A stretch of 63,376 bases of DNA, counting the filler, from a bacterium (GTDB lineage: Bacteria > JACRDZ01 > JAQUKH01): NCBI GenBank assembly GCA_028719205.1. It is 4 parts of 4 records of this genome, joined end to end, with 100 filler letters (N's around TTAATTAATTAA, not from the genome) between each part and the next. Parts side by side here need not be neighbours in the genome. Positions count along the whole stretch, not along the records: positions 33,570 to 49,145 come from JAQUKH010000046.1; 3 more parts are not named here. One strand, written 5' to 3'. Of the stretch, positions 36,053 to 46,354 are shown one piece after another (the first letter of the stretch is position 1; every line of letters begins with the position of its first letter). The notes beneath the pieces are model-generated. The model did no database searches, was not told the DNA's origin, and was given only the letters and a program-made list of their open reading frames with translations. Position numbers and translations under genes: made by a program.

Positions 36053-37225
36053 ATGGTAACTAAAACTTATGAAGAAATTAATGAGAAGATCAGGCAGAAA
36101 AAAGCGGTTGTAGTAACAGCAGAAGAAGTAATTGCAATGGTGGAGGCGCACGGATTGGCAAAAACAGCGAAGGAAGTAGATGTAGTTACTACCGGAACCT
36201 TTGGGCCAATGTGTTCAAGCGGGGCATTTTTGAATACAGGCCATTGTAAACCTAAAATAAAGATGCAGAAGGCCTGGTTGAATGATGTAAGCGCGTACGC
36301 GGGATTAGCCGCTGTGGATATTTATATAGGTGCTACCGAGGTACCGGATAATGACCCGGGGACATTTGAATACGGCGGCGGCCATGTTATCGAGGATTTA
36401 GTCGCAGGAAAGGATGTAACATTAAAAGCTATTGCTTATGGAACTGATTGTTACCCTCGAAAGGAATTAAAAACACTGATAAATCTTAAGGACATGAATC
36501 AAGCAGTGCTTACAAACCCGAGAAACGCGTACCAGAATTATAACTGCGCGATTAATTTATCCGATAAAGTGATTCATACTTATATGGGAACATTGAAAGC
36601 CAATGCCGGTAATGCGAATTATTGCAGCGCGGGGCAGTTAAGCCCGCTGTTAAAAGATCCTTTTTATAAAACTATTGGTATTGGGACAAGGATATTTCTC
36701 GGCGGAGCGCAAGGTTATGTCTACTGGGAAGGGACCCAGCATAGTCCGACAGCAAAAAGGGGAGAAAATGGAGTACCCCGGAGCCCGGCCGGTACTATAG
36801 CAGTAGTCGGAAATCTTAAAGAAATGAGTACGCATTATTTGAAGGGCGCTTCTTTTGAAAAATATGGAACAACGCTGATCGTGGGTATTGGGATTCCTAT
36901 ACCGATCCTGAATGAAGAAATTTTGAAGTACGCGGCAATTTCAGATAAAGATATTTATACCCAGATCGTTGATTATGGTTTTGATTATCCGCAGGGTGTC
37001 GCTAAATCTCACGGGGAAATCAGTTATGCCCAGTTAAAGAGCGGGAAGATAAGTTTTAATGGTAAGGATATTCCTACAGCTCCGCTTTCAAGTTACGCGA
37101 AGGCAAGAGAGATCGCAGGGGTTTTAGCCGATTGGATAAAAGAAGGCAAGTTCTTTTTAGGCGCTCCTGTCAGAACGCTTGATCTGAATGATAAATTTAA
37201 ACCATTAATTGAGAGACCTGTATAA
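36053..37225 (+). CDS. Homocysteine biosynthesis protein, aspartate-semialdehyde sulfurtransferase (DUF39/COG1900)
   Basis: KTYEEINEKI, VDVVTTGTFGPMCSSG, YGGGHVIEDL, GTDCYPR, NPRNAYQNY, TIGIGTRIFLGG. Confidence 0.92.
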   Translation: MVTKTYEEINEKIRQKKAVVVTAEEVIAMVEAHGLAKTAKEVDVVTTGTFGPMCSSGAFLNTGHCKPKIKMQKAWLNDVSAYAGLAAVDIYIGATEVPDNDPGTFEYGGGHVIEDLVAGKDVTLKAIAYGTDCYPRKELKTLINLKDMNQAVLTNPRNAYQNYNCAINLSDKVIHTYMGTLKANAGNANYCSAGQLSPLLKDPFYKTIGIGTRIFLGGAQGYVYWEGTQHSPTAKRGENGVPRSPAGTIAVVGNLKEMSTHYLKGASFEKYGTTLIVGIGIPIPILNEEILKYAAISDKDIYTQIVDYGFDYPQGVAKSHGEISYAQLKSGKISFNGKDIPTAPLSSYAKAREIAGVLADWIKEGKFFLGAPVRTLDLNDKFKPLIERPV

Positions 37226-37246
37226 TAAAAGGAAAAGGGAGACCTC

Positions 37247-38176
37247 ATGTCAAGAAAAATTGCCAATAATATTTTGGAATTGATCGGTTCTACACCGATG
37301 GTCAGGTTTAATAAAGTTGTTGAAGACGGGATGGCGGTTGTTTACGGTAAATTGGAATATTTTAATCCTGCAGGTTCAGTAAAAGACAGGATTTGCCTGT
37401 CTATGGTTGAGGACGCGGAAAAAAAGGGATTGGTCAAAAAAGGTACGACAATTATTGAACCTACCAGCGGAAATACAGGGATCGGCCTCGCGATGGTTTG
37501 CGCGGTAAAAGGGTATCATTTAATTTTAACGATGCCGGAAACAATGAGTATTGAAAGAAGGCGTATCCTGACAGCGTTCGGAGCGGAGATTGTTTTAACG
37601 CCCGGTGTGGAAGGAATGTCAGGCGCGATAAAAAAATCAAGAGAACTTGCTAAGAATACAAAAGACAGTTTCATGCCGAACCAGTTTGAAAATCCTGCTA
37701 ATCCGCAGATCCATAGATTAACTACAGCAAAAGAAATTATTGAAGCTTTGGATGGAAAAATAGATGCCTTTGTTGCCGGTGTCGGAACGGGTGGAACATT
37801 GACAGGTGTTGGAGATATTTTGCGGAGCAGCGAGATTAATGCCAGGATAGTGGCGGTGGAACCTGAAAATTCGCCTGTACTTTCAGGCGGGAAGCCCGGG
37901 CCTCATAAAATTCAGGGAATAGGAGCCGGATTTGTACCTGCAGTTTTAAATCAAAGATTGATCGATGAAATAATTAAAGTAAAGGATATGGATGCGTTTA
38001 AGATGGCAAGGCGCCTTTGTGCGGAGGAGGGTTTATTTGTCGGTATTTCCGCGGGCGCGGCAGCCTTTGCGGCATTAAAAGTCGCGAAGGATCTGGGGAA
38101 AGGTAAAACTGTTGTTGTAATTTTGCCGGATACCGGCGAACGTTATCTAAGTATGGAACAATTATTTAATTCATAG
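37247..38176 (+). CDS. cysK: Cysteine synthase A
   Basis: [44 protein letters not shown]. Confidence 0.97.
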   Translation: MSRKIANNILELIGSTPMVRFNKVVEDGMAVVYGKLEYFNPAGSVKDRICLSMVEDAEKKGLVKKGTTIIEPTSGNTGIGLAMVCAVKGYHLILTMPETMSIERRRILTAFGAEIVLTPGVEGMSGAIKKSRELAKNTKDSFMPNQFENPANPQIHRLTTAKEIIEALDGKIDAFVAGVGTGGTLTGVGDILRSSEINARIVAVEPENSPVLSGGKPGPHKIQGIGAGFVPAVLNQRLIDEIIKVKDMDAFKMARRLCAEEGLFVGISAGAAAFAALKVAKDLGKGKTVVVILPDTGERYLSMEQLFNS

Positions 38177-38205
38177 GCAGGGGCAGGTTTTAAACCTGTC
38201 TCTAC
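38177..38205. repeat. GTAG-type REP-like palindrome
   Basis: GCAGGGGCAGGTTTTAAACCTGTCTCTAC directly after the cysK stop. Confidence 0.65.
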
Positions 38206-38215
38206 CAGTATTTAT

Positions 38216-38258
38216 AAAGGCATTCTGCTCCGGATTTTGAGAGAAGAGTGCCTTTTTT
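38216..38258 (+). terminator. Rho-independent terminator
   Basis: AAAGGCATTCT...AGAGTGCCTTT followed by T-run. Confidence 0.7.
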
Positions 38259-38302
38259 GTTTTTGAAAATGTTTGTGTTTTGTGCTATTATTCAACTATT
38301 AT

Positions 38303-39283
38303 ATGACAGAAATTCTTTTAAGTTTATTATTGGTTATAATAAGTATTATTGCGATTGGTAAAGGGTCAGACTGGTTTACTGATTCGCTTATTCCGATCGC
38401 GCGGAAACTTGGGACATCGCGTATTGGAGTTGGATTGCTTCTTGTTTCGGTTTCTGTCAGTTTGCCTGAGATCCTGATAGTTATAATCGGTGTTCTTGAA
38501 GGGCATGCCCCGCTTAGTTTTGGTGTGGCGCTGGGTTCTGTTATATGCAATATCGCCCTTATGACCGGCTTTTGCGCGCTTATCAGGCCGTTACAGGTGA
38601 GCACTACGATTATTTTACGCGATGGTATTTTTTCCATTATTGTTCCCGTGCTTATCTTTGCGGTAGGGTCTACCGGTAAGATATCGCGTATAGAAGGGTT
38701 TGCCTTTTTCCTCCTTTTTATTCCTTATTTAATAAATGTACTTTTGCAGGAGCGGGAACGGTCTGAACCGAAAGAAGAGCGCCTTAAAGAAATCGAGGTA
38801 GAACTTGACCTTCTTGGTTTCAGTTTCGGCAAGATCCGTTCACCATGGATCGCTTTCACGTTGGGTTTAGGGCTGCTTTTGGCCGGCGCGCACCTGTTTA
38901 CTTCAGAGCTTATAAATATATCTGGTCTGTTCAATATTGATGAGCGGTTTATAGGTATGACGATCGGCGCTATCGGCCCTTCGATCCCCAATATTATGGC
39001 GGCCTATCATGCTACCAAAAAAGGGATGACCGACGTTGTGGTATCGGAAACCTTGGGTTCCAATGTTTTTACTTTGCTTGTTACTTTAGGTGTTTTAGCT
39101 GTTCTTTCTCCGGTGGCTATTACTCATAAAAATATTATGTTTGATATCCCGGCTGTTATGGTAATGAGTTCCGTGTTATTTGTTTTTATGCTTACCGAAA
39201 AAGCCGTGTCAAAAGCTGAAGGCATTATTCTAATCAGCGGTTATGTCTTATTTATTATAGGACAAATAGTTTTTAGCGGTTGA
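38303..39283 (+). CDS. Ca2+/Na+ antiporter (CaCA/YrbG family)
   Basis: About 10 TMs; two alpha repeats (SVSLPE...GSVICN; GPSIPN...GSNVFT); ATG 38303 preferred over TTG 38273. Confidence 0.85.
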   Translation: MTEILLSLLLVIISIIAIGKGSDWFTDSLIPIARKLGTSRIGVGLLLVSVSVSLPEILIVIIGVLEGHAPLSFGVALGSVICNIALMTGFCALIRPLQVSTTIILRDGIFSIIVPVLIFAVGSTGKISRIEGFAFFLLFIPYLINVLLQERERSEPKEERLKEIEVELDLLGFSFGKIRSPWIAFTLGLGLLLAGAHLFTSELINISGLFNIDERFIGMTIGAIGPSIPNIMAAYHATKKGMTDVVVSETLGSNVFTLLVTLGVLAVLSPVAITHKNIMFDIPAVMVMSSVLFVFMLTEKAVSKAEGIILISGYVLFIIGQIVFSG

Positions 39284-39295
39284 ACAAGATGCAAT

Positions 39296-39904
39296 TCAGG
39301 GTTTTTCAATATTTTCAATATCGTGGGGTGAGTCTTTCATATTGTCGTGAATTGATTTTATTAATTCGATCCTGGATTTTGCCTTTGGGTACGCGGAACT
39401 TCCCGGATAATTATCAATAACCTTCTGGTATTCAGTTACAGCCTTTTCAAAATCATTTACTCCGCCCATTTCATCCCAGTCAAAAGATACTCCTATATTA
39501 TACTGGGCATCACCAGCTAAAATACTTTTAGGATACTCTTTGATAACTCTTTCAAAATATTTCCGGCTGGTATTCAGGTAATTAAAATAAATTGTTTTTG
39601 CTTCTTCAGTAAATAGATATATAGTTTTATGATATTCAATAGATTGTTGGAAGAAGGCTTCTCCAATGAGGAACAAGATTTCAGGTTTTAATTTATTTTT
39701 AGTATCTTTTTTTTCACCTTCCTGCAGGTAAGATATCGCGGATAAATAATTTTTCTCTTCCAGTTTTAATTTTCCCTGCGTAAGATAAGAATCAGGCGTA
39801 TCTTTCTTAAAGGTCGCGCAGCCTGAATGGAAAAATATAACAGGAATTATTAAAATAATAAAAATTTTATACTGATTTTTAATCATTTTAATTTTCACTT
39901 CCAT
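39296..39904 (-). CDS. TPR lipoprotein (BamD/YfiO-like)
   Basis: HSGC lipobox-like; YPKSILAGDAQYNIG, YQKVIDNYPGS; true start may be the second Met. Confidence 0.7.
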   Translation of the reverse strand: MEVKIKMIKNQYKIFIILIIPVIFFHSGCATFKKDTPDSYLTQGKLKLEEKNYLSAISYLQEGEKKDTKNKLKPEILFLIGEAFFQQSIEYHKTIYLFTEEAKTIYFNYLNTSRKYFERVIKEYPKSILAGDAQYNIGVSFDWDEMGGVNDFEKAVTEYQKVIDNYPGSSAYPKAKSRIELIKSIHDNMKDSPHDIENIEKP

Positions 39905-40012
39905 ATTAATATTGCTACTAATTTATGCTGATGTCAAGGATATTTTATAATAATTTAATAACTTGTTATGGTAAAATACATCAATATTAAATGGTATGAA
40001 TTAAGGAGGCCT

Positions 40013-42706
40013 ATGGCTGAGGATATAAATTATTGGCAGTTAGATAAAGATAAAATAGTAAAACTATTAAAAACAGATCTGGTAACCGGGCTTTCTTCGC
40101 GGGAGATTAAAGACAGGCTTGATAAATACGGGTATAACCAATTAGAAGAAGCTAAAGGCAGGAGCCCTGTTGGTATTTTTCTGGATCAGTTTAAAGATTT
40201 TATTGTTTGGGTTCTGGTTTCCGCGGCGCTGGTTTCAGGATTTCTTAAGGAATGGATTGACGCGTTTGTAATAATTTTAATAGTTATTTTAAACGCGATC
40301 TTGGGTTTTGTTCAGGAATACCGCGCTGAAAAATCATTACAGGCTTTAAAAAAATTGTCCAGCCCCAATTCAAAAGCTATCAGGGATGGGAAGAATTGTG
40401 TTATACCTTCTAAAGAATTGGTTCCAGGTGACCTGATCGAACTTGAGGCGGGTGACAATGTGCCCGCGGACAGCCGTATTGTATGGTTGACTTCGAATTT
40501 TGCCGTTCAGGAGGCATCTCTTACCGGAGAGTCTACTCCATCGTCGAAAACGAGTATAGCCCTGGAAGAAAAAGATGTTCCATTGGCCGACAGGGCAAAT
40601 ATGATATATATGGGAACATTTGTATCGGCCGGTAAGGCCAGGGCGATAGTTGTAGAAACCGGGATGAAAACTGAACTTGGTAAAATAGCCGGAATGATTC
40701 AGAGCATTGAAGATGAATCCACGCCTTTGCAGAAAAAGCTCGACGAATTCGGGAAATGGATAGTTTATATTTGTTTTATTTTGGTCGGGATCATTTTTTT
40801 GATCGGACTTTTGCGCGGCGGTAAAGTTTTAGATCTATTTTTAACTGCTGTGAGCCTCGCGGTTGCGGCTATTCCCGAGGGGCTTCCGGCTATCGTTACA
40901 ATTTCACTGGCATTGGGCGTTCAGAGAATGGTAAAGCGTCATGCTTTGATACGGAAACTTCCTTCAGTTGAAACGCTTGGGTCCGCTACTGTAATATGTT
41001 CTGATAAAACAGGCACGCTGACAAAAAATGAAATGACGGTCCAAATGGTTTTCGCGGATGATAAATTATTCAAGGTCAGCGGGATAGGCTATGAGCCCAC
41101 AGGTAATTTATCGCTTGAAGATACTCAAATTAATGCTTCGGATTTTCCCGGGCTTAATAAAACATTATTATCAGGCGTGTTATGCAATGGAGCTCAATTA
41201 ACGAAGGTTAATGACATTTATAAAATTATTGGAGATCCGACTGAAGGAGCGATATTAACATTAGCGGGTAAAGCGAATATCTGGAAAAAAGAGAAAGAAG
41301 AAGAATATCCTTTTGTCGATGAAATACCGTTTGATTCTGAGCGGAAAAAAATGACCGTTATCAGGCGGACCGACCATAAATATTTTGCCTTTGTTAAAGG
41401 CGCGCCGGATGTACTTATAAATGGATGTGCTTATATTGAAAACAGTTCAAAAGTTGGATTATTAACAAAAGAAGGCCGTGAAAAGATAGACAGAATAAAT
41501 AACGAATTGGCTGGAAAGGCAATGAGGGTTTTAGGAATTGCGTATAAAGTTCTGGAAACCCTTCCCCCGAAGATCGACGCGAAATCAATTGAAAAAGATA
41601 TGATATTTCTGGGTTTGGCGGCGATGATTGATCCTGCCCGCCCTGAGGTTAAGAAGGCGATGGAAGAATGCAAGGATGCCGGTATTAAAACAGTAATGAT
41701 CACCGGAGACCATAAAAACACAGCGGTAGCTATCGCGAAAGAATTAGGATTTTTTAATGAGGATTCCATCGCGCTTACAGGGGAGGAACTGGATAAATTA
41801 AGCGAAGAGGAATTCAGCAAAAAAGTAAGGAATATTTCAGTTTACGCGAGAGTATCCCCTGAGCATAAACTGAGGATTGTCCGCGCGTGGAAAAAACTTA
41901 AAGAGATAGTCGCGATGACAGGCGACGGGGTGAATGACGCGCCCGCGGTAAAAGAGGCTGATATCGGGGTCGCGATGGGGATCACAGGTACCGATGTGAC
42001 AAAAGAAGTAGCCAGTATGATAGTTACGGATGATAATTTCGCGTCCATCGTGGCGGCTGTTGAAGAGGGAAGGGGCATTTATGATAATATCAAAAAATTT
42101 ATTTTGTACCTTCTGTCATGTAACGCGGGAGAGATATTTGTTATGTTCATAGCGTCTGTTTCAGGCTTGCCGATTCCTTTGCTTCCTATCCATATTCTTT
42201 GGGTTAATCTTGTTACAGATGGCCTTCCCGCGTTCGCTCTGGGAGTTGACCCTGCTAATCCGAATATTATGAAACGCCCGCCGCTTGCCGCAAACGAATC
42301 GATAGTTAACAAAGAAAGAGCAATTACGATGGTACTACAGGGTTTATTTATCGCGTTATGCAGTTTATCAACGTTTATTTTTTTATTATATGTCGCGAAA
42401 GGATCTCTTATTTACGCGAGAACAGGGGCGTTCATCGTTCTTTCCTGCAGCCAGTTGTTCCATTCATTTAACTGCCGGAGCACTACAAGGTCAATATTTG
42501 AAATGGGCATATTTACCAATTCAAAATTAGTGTTAGCGGCAATCATATCTTTTTTACTGCAAATGATGGTCGTATATATCCCGTTTTTTGATAAGATATT
42601 TAAGACAGAGCAATTATCAATGACTCATTTGGGATTGGTGATCCTGATCTCCTCTTTCCCTCTCTGGGCGATGGAAATAGTAAAATTCATCAAAAGGAAA
42701 AAATAG
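40013..42706 (+). CDS. P-type IIA Ca2+-transporting ATPase
   Basis: TGES, IPEGLP, DKTGTLT, KGAP, TGDGVND, WVNLVTDG; AAGGAGG SD before ATG 40013. Confidence 0.93.
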   Translation: MAEDINYWQLDKDKIVKLLKTDLVTGLSSREIKDRLDKYGYNQLEEAKGRSPVGIFLDQFKDFIVWVLVSAALVSGFLKEWIDAFVIILIVILNAILGFVQEYRAEKSLQALKKLSSPNSKAIRDGKNCVIPSKELVPGDLIELEAGDNVPADSRIVWLTSNFAVQEASLTGESTPSSKTSIALEEKDVPLADRANMIYMGTFVSAGKARAIVVETGMKTELGKIAGMIQSIEDESTPLQKKLDEFGKWIVYICFILVGIIFLIGLLRGGKVLDLFLTAVSLAVAAIPEGLPAIVTISLALGVQRMVKRHALIRKLPSVETLGSATVICSDKTGTLTKNEMTVQMVFADDKLFKVSGIGYEPTGNLSLEDTQINASDFPGLNKTLLSGVLCNGAQLTKVNDIYKIIGDPTEGAILTLAGKANIWKKEKEEEYPFVDEIPFDSERKKMTVIRRTDHKYFAFVKGAPDVLINGCAYIENSSKVGLLTKEGREKIDRINNELAGKAMRVLGIAYKVLETLPPKIDAKSIEKDMIFLGLAAMIDPARPEVKKAMEECKDAGIKTVMITGDHKNTAVAIAKELGFFNEDSIALTGEELDKLSEEEFSKKVRNISVYARVSPEHKLRIVRAWKKLKEIVAMTGDGVNDAPAVKEADIGVAMGITGTDVTKEVASMIVTDDNFASIVAAVEEGRGIYDNIKKFILYLLSCNAGEIFVMFIASVSGLPIPLLPIHILWVNLVTDGLPAFALGVDPANPNIMKRPPLAANESIVNKERAITMVLQGLFIALCSLSTFIFLLYVAKGSLIYARTGAFIVLSCSQLFHSFNCRSTTRSIFEMGIFTNSKLVLAAIISFLLQMMVVYIPFFDKIFKTEQLSMTHLGLVILISSFPLWAMEIVKFIKRKK

Positions 42707-42729
42707 AAGATAATTATGAAAGGTAAAAG

Positions 42730-43605
42730 ATGATAAAAAAAATAACAGACATTTTTAAAGAAAAAAATAAAACATTTTCTTTTGAATTTTTTCCGCCGAA
42801 AACACCGGTTGGGCTGGAAAATCTTTATAAAACGATTAAAGAGTTAAGCGGGCTTAATCCGAATTTCGTGTCGGTGACATACGGTGCCGGCGGTTCGACG
42901 CGCGGGGCGACATTGGATATTTGCAGGGAGATTCAAAAGAGGTTTGGCTTAACGGCGATGCATCATTTTACCTGCGTTGGGCACAGCCAGTCGGAATTAA
43001 AAGTTATTCTTGCCCTGATGAGGCAAAACAACATTAGAAATATATTGGCGTTAAGGGGCGATCCTCCTAAGGGCGTGGAAAAGTGGGAACCGGCTGGCGA
43101 CGGTTTTGAATACTGTTATCAACTGATAGACCTCATCAAAAATAACCATAAAGATTATTTCAGCATCGGTGTCGCGGGTTTTCCCGAAGGGCATATTAAT
43201 TGCCCTGATAAAGAGACAGACACAAAATACCTGAAAATTAAAATGGATCATGGCGGCGAATTCATAGTTTCCCAGTTATTTTTTGATAACGCGATGTATT
43301 CGGAATATCTGGAAAGGCTGAAAAAGAAAAATATAAACGCGCGGATCCTTCCAGGCATACTTCCGATAACGAGCTACGAAGGATTAATTAAATTTTGTAA
43401 TACCTGCGGTGCGACAATAACTCAGGAAGTCCATGATATATTCAAGCCGATCCAAAATGATGAAGAAGCCGTTAAAAAAGCCGGCATAGAATTCGCGGTA
43501 AAACAATGCCGGGACCTCCTGGAACGCGGAGCCCCCGGCCTTCATTTTTTCACATTGAATAAAGTTGAGCCTGTGAAAGAGATATGGAAGAGGCTTGGAC
43601 TGTAA
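42730..43605 (+). CDS. metF: Methylenetetrahydrofolate reductase
   Basis: SFEFFPPK, SVTYGAGGS, ALRGDPP, FPEGH, SQLFFD, GLHFFTLN. Confidence 0.95.
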   Translation: MIKKITDIFKEKNKTFSFEFFPPKTPVGLENLYKTIKELSGLNPNFVSVTYGAGGSTRGATLDICREIQKRFGLTAMHHFTCVGHSQSELKVILALMRQNNIRNILALRGDPPKGVEKWEPAGDGFEYCYQLIDLIKNNHKDYFSIGVAGFPEGHINCPDKETDTKYLKIKMDHGGEFIVSQLFFDNAMYSEYLERLKKKNINARILPGILPITSYEGLIKFCNTCGATITQEVHDIFKPIQNDEEAVKKAGIEFAVKQCRDLLERGAPGLHFFTLNKVEPVKEIWKRLGL

Positions 43606-46005
43606 CTAAATAAAAAGGTTATGGTTTGAACTTTCGATCTCTCCGATATAATACGCGGCTCCGCCGATCTTAATGCCGTCAATAAGCTCGTTTTCATGAA
43701 TACCCATGACATCCATGCTCATGGAGCAGGCTACTAAATCTATCCCGTCTTTCTTTGCTTCATGAAGCATGGTTTCTATGCTTTCCACATTTTTCTTTTT
43801 CATTACATACTTCATCATGCTTGTTCCCATGCCGAGCATATGCAGATTTGAAAGAGAAAGAGCTGAAATGGACCTCGGCATCATTGAACCGAACATTTTT
43901 GAAAGAATATCTTTTTTGACTTTGGGTTTGTCGTGCTTTTTCAGCATATTAAGCCCCCAGAAAGTAAAAAACATTGTTACCTTTCTTCCGACAGCCGCCG
44001 CGGACCTTGCGATTATAAAAGAAGCCATTGCTTTATCGAGCTCGCCGGAAAATATAACGATAGTGCTTTTCCTGTCATTTTTTAAAGGGATATCTTTAGA
44101 AAGTTTAGTACTGCCGGTTCCCTTTAGGATTATGGCTTCGATCATATTATCGTTATTTTCAATGTCGAGCAGTGTATTATTGGTAGCTTTGCACCAGTGA
44201 GGGAGATCCATGATAAAACCTTTGTCTGTTGATATAATTTTTACGGTTTCGCCGTCTTTCATGCCGTTTAAAGTGTCTTTAAGTTTAATTATAGGGCCGG
44301 GGCATTGCAGGCCGCAGGCGTTTATTTCCTTGTCGGGACTGCTTGAACCGTTTGATTTGTTTGAACGGCTTGAACTGTTTGAATCTCTGTAATTCAGGTA
44401 TGTTTTATACCCGCCGGACAGATTATAAGCGTCGAAACCGTTTTGCACCAGGATTCTTACCGAGTTATGAGCCCTTACCCCGACCTGGCAAAAAACCAGT
44501 ATTCTTTTATCTTTCGGGATTTCATTAAGCCTTTTTCTCAGATCATCAATAGGAATATTATGAGCGTTTTTTACGGTACCATTTTTATATTCGAAGGTAG
44601 TTCTAACATCAAGAAGAAAATCATTTTCGGAAACATTTTCCCAATGAAGGATTTTGGTAATACCCCGTAAATGATTGACTGCTGCCATACCTGCCAGATT
44701 CAGCGCGTTTTTTGCAGAGCTATAGGGAGGGGCATAACAAAAATCCGATTCAGACAGGTCATACATGGTCAGTTTGTGTTTTATTGCCATTGATAAAACA
44801 TCCATATATTTATCAACACCCTGCTGGCCGATTATTTGAGCGCCTAAAATTATGCCGCTGTCTTTATTGTAAATGATCTTAAATGATAATTGCGAGGCGC
44901 CGGGATAATAACCCGCATGGCTGAAAGGGTGGGTATAAATTTTTTCATATTTCAAGTTTGTTTTTGAAAGCATTTTTTCGCTGACTCCGCATGAAGCGGC
45001 GGTTAAAGAAAATACTTTTACGATCGAAGCTCCGTAATTTCCTGAATAAGAATCCTCTATGCCGAATATATTATTAACCGCGACAAGTGCCTGTCTCGCG
45101 GCCGGCCAAGCCAAAGGAACATGCCAGTATTCTCCTGTAATAGGATTTTTAGTTTCAACAACATCCCCTACAGCGTAAATATTTTCATCGCTGGTTTGCA
45201 TCCTGTTGTTTACGCGGGCGCCTTTTACACCGGTTTCAAGGCCCGCTTTTTTGAATAAACCGGTTTCCGGTTGGATGCCTATAGCGCAAATCACCATATT
45301 GGATTGTATCTGTGAGCCGGATTTAGTTTGAATAATAAATCCGTTATTATTTTTTTCAATATTTTCAACTTCCTCGTTTAAGTGCAGTTTTACGCCGTTA
45401 TGTGCGAGTTCCCTCTGAAGGATAACTGCCATGTCCTTGTCAAAAGGAGGCATTACCTGATCCAGCTTTTCTATTAAATGGGTTTCAATATTAAGTTTAA
45501 TAACATTTTCAGCCATTTCAAGCCCGATAAAACCTCCGCCTATAATTGAAACGCTTTTAATATTCTTATCTAATTTTGATTTAATTTTATCAATGTCAGG
45601 AATGTTCCGGACAACATAAAGATCACCGGGAACAACTCCGCTGAAATTCGGGATTATGGGTTTCGCGCCGGGAGAGAGGATCAGCTTGTCATAAGATTCA
45701 AAGTATTCCTTATTTAACTTCAGATCTTTAACAGTTATTTTTTTGTCAGCCCGGTTTATTCCGATCACTTCATTGTTGATCCTTACAGAAATATTAAATC
45801 TTTTTGAGAAACCTTCAGGATTTTGAAGAATTAATGAATCTCTTTCTTTGATTACATTCCCGGCGTAATAGGGCAGGCCGCAATTCGCGAATGAGATATA
45901 TTCCCCGCGTTCAAAGATAATTATTTCCGCTTTTTCATCCAGCCTTCTAGCCCTTGCGGCCGCGGCGGCCCCGCCCGCGACACCTCCGACTATTAATAAT
46001 TTCAT
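43606..46005 (-). CDS. CoA-disulfide/persulfide reductase with rhodanese, TusA/SirA and DsrE2 domains
   Basis: GGVAGG, SFANCGLPY, GGGFIGLE, YAPP; rhodanese FCQVGVR; TusA GLQCPGP; DsrE FTFWGL...ACSMSMDVMG. Confidence 0.92.
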   Translation of the reverse strand: MKLLIVGGVAGGAAAAARARRLDEKAEIIIFERGEYISFANCGLPYYAGNVIKERDSLILQNPEGFSKRFNISVRINNEVIGINRADKKITVKDLKLNKEYFESYDKLILSPGAKPIIPNFSGVVPGDLYVVRNIPDIDKIKSKLDKNIKSVSIIGGGFIGLEMAENVIKLNIETHLIEKLDQVMPPFDKDMAVILQRELAHNGVKLHLNEEVENIEKNNNGFIIQTKSGSQIQSNMVICAIGIQPETGLFKKAGLETGVKGARVNNRMQTSDENIYAVGDVVETKNPITGEYWHVPLAWPAARQALVAVNNIFGIEDSYSGNYGASIVKVFSLTAASCGVSEKMLSKTNLKYEKIYTHPFSHAGYYPGASQLSFKIIYNKDSGIILGAQIIGQQGVDKYMDVLSMAIKHKLTMYDLSESDFCYAPPYSSAKNALNLAGMAAVNHLRGITKILHWENVSENDFLLDVRTTFEYKNGTVKNAHNIPIDDLRKRLNEIPKDKRILVFCQVGVRAHNSVRILVQNGFDAYNLSGGYKTYLNYRDSNSSSRSNKSNGSSSPDKEINACGLQCPGPIIKLKDTLNGMKDGETVKIISTDKGFIMDLPHWCKATNNTLLDIENNDNMIEAIILKGTGSTKLSKDIPLKNDRKSTIVIFSGELDKAMASFIIARSAAAVGRKVTMFFTFWGLNMLKKHDKPKVKKDILSKMFGSMMPRSISALSLSNLHMLGMGTSMMKYVMKKKNVESIETMLHEAKKDGIDLVACSMSMDVMGIHENELIDGIKIGGAAYYIGEIESSNHNLFI

Positions 46006-46016
46006 GCTATCTCCTG

Positions 46017-46065
46017 AACTCCTCCTATTTCCCCCTCTTTTACAAAGAGGGGGCCAGGGGGCGTT
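46017..46065. repeat. GC-rich palindromic element (CCCCCTCTTT-N3-AAAGAGGGGG)
   Basis: Perfect 10-bp stem 46031-46053 with imperfect outer arms. Confidence 0.65.
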
Positions 46066-46069
46066 TATT

Positions 46070-46336
46070 TTATTTATTGAGAATGTTAATAATCTCTTTT
46101 ATTTTTTCATCTGTTACTTTGTAGCACGTCTTAACGCCTTCTTTCCTGAACGTAATAACACCGGCTTTACGTAATACAGATAAGTGCTGAGAGATCGTAG
46201 ATTGAGGAATCCCTAATTTATCAACTATTTTATTCACATTGCATTCATTACATGAAAGCCCCCGGACCATTTGTAAACGTACAGGATGCGCTATCGCCTT
46301 CAGTATTTCACTGTCTTTTTTGTAATTTATCGGCAC
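46070..46336 (-). CDS. ArsR/SmtB transcriptional repressor (BigR/SqrR-like candidate)
   Basis: LKAIAHPVRL, QSTISQHLSVLR; Cys near alpha2/3 and near C-terminus; GTG start with AGGAGG SD. Confidence 0.9.
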   Translation of the reverse strand: MPINYKKDSEILKAIAHPVRLQMVRGLSCNECNVNKIVDKLGIPQSTISQHLSVLRKAGVITFRKEGVKTCYKVTDEKIKEIINILNK

Positions 46337-46354
46337 TTGGTCCCTCCTTAGAAT

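Noticed and set aside
42707-42729. SAM riboswitch expected upstream of metF
   Set aside because: Only 23 nt of intergenic space; no riboswitch motif seen here or before the DUF39 gene.
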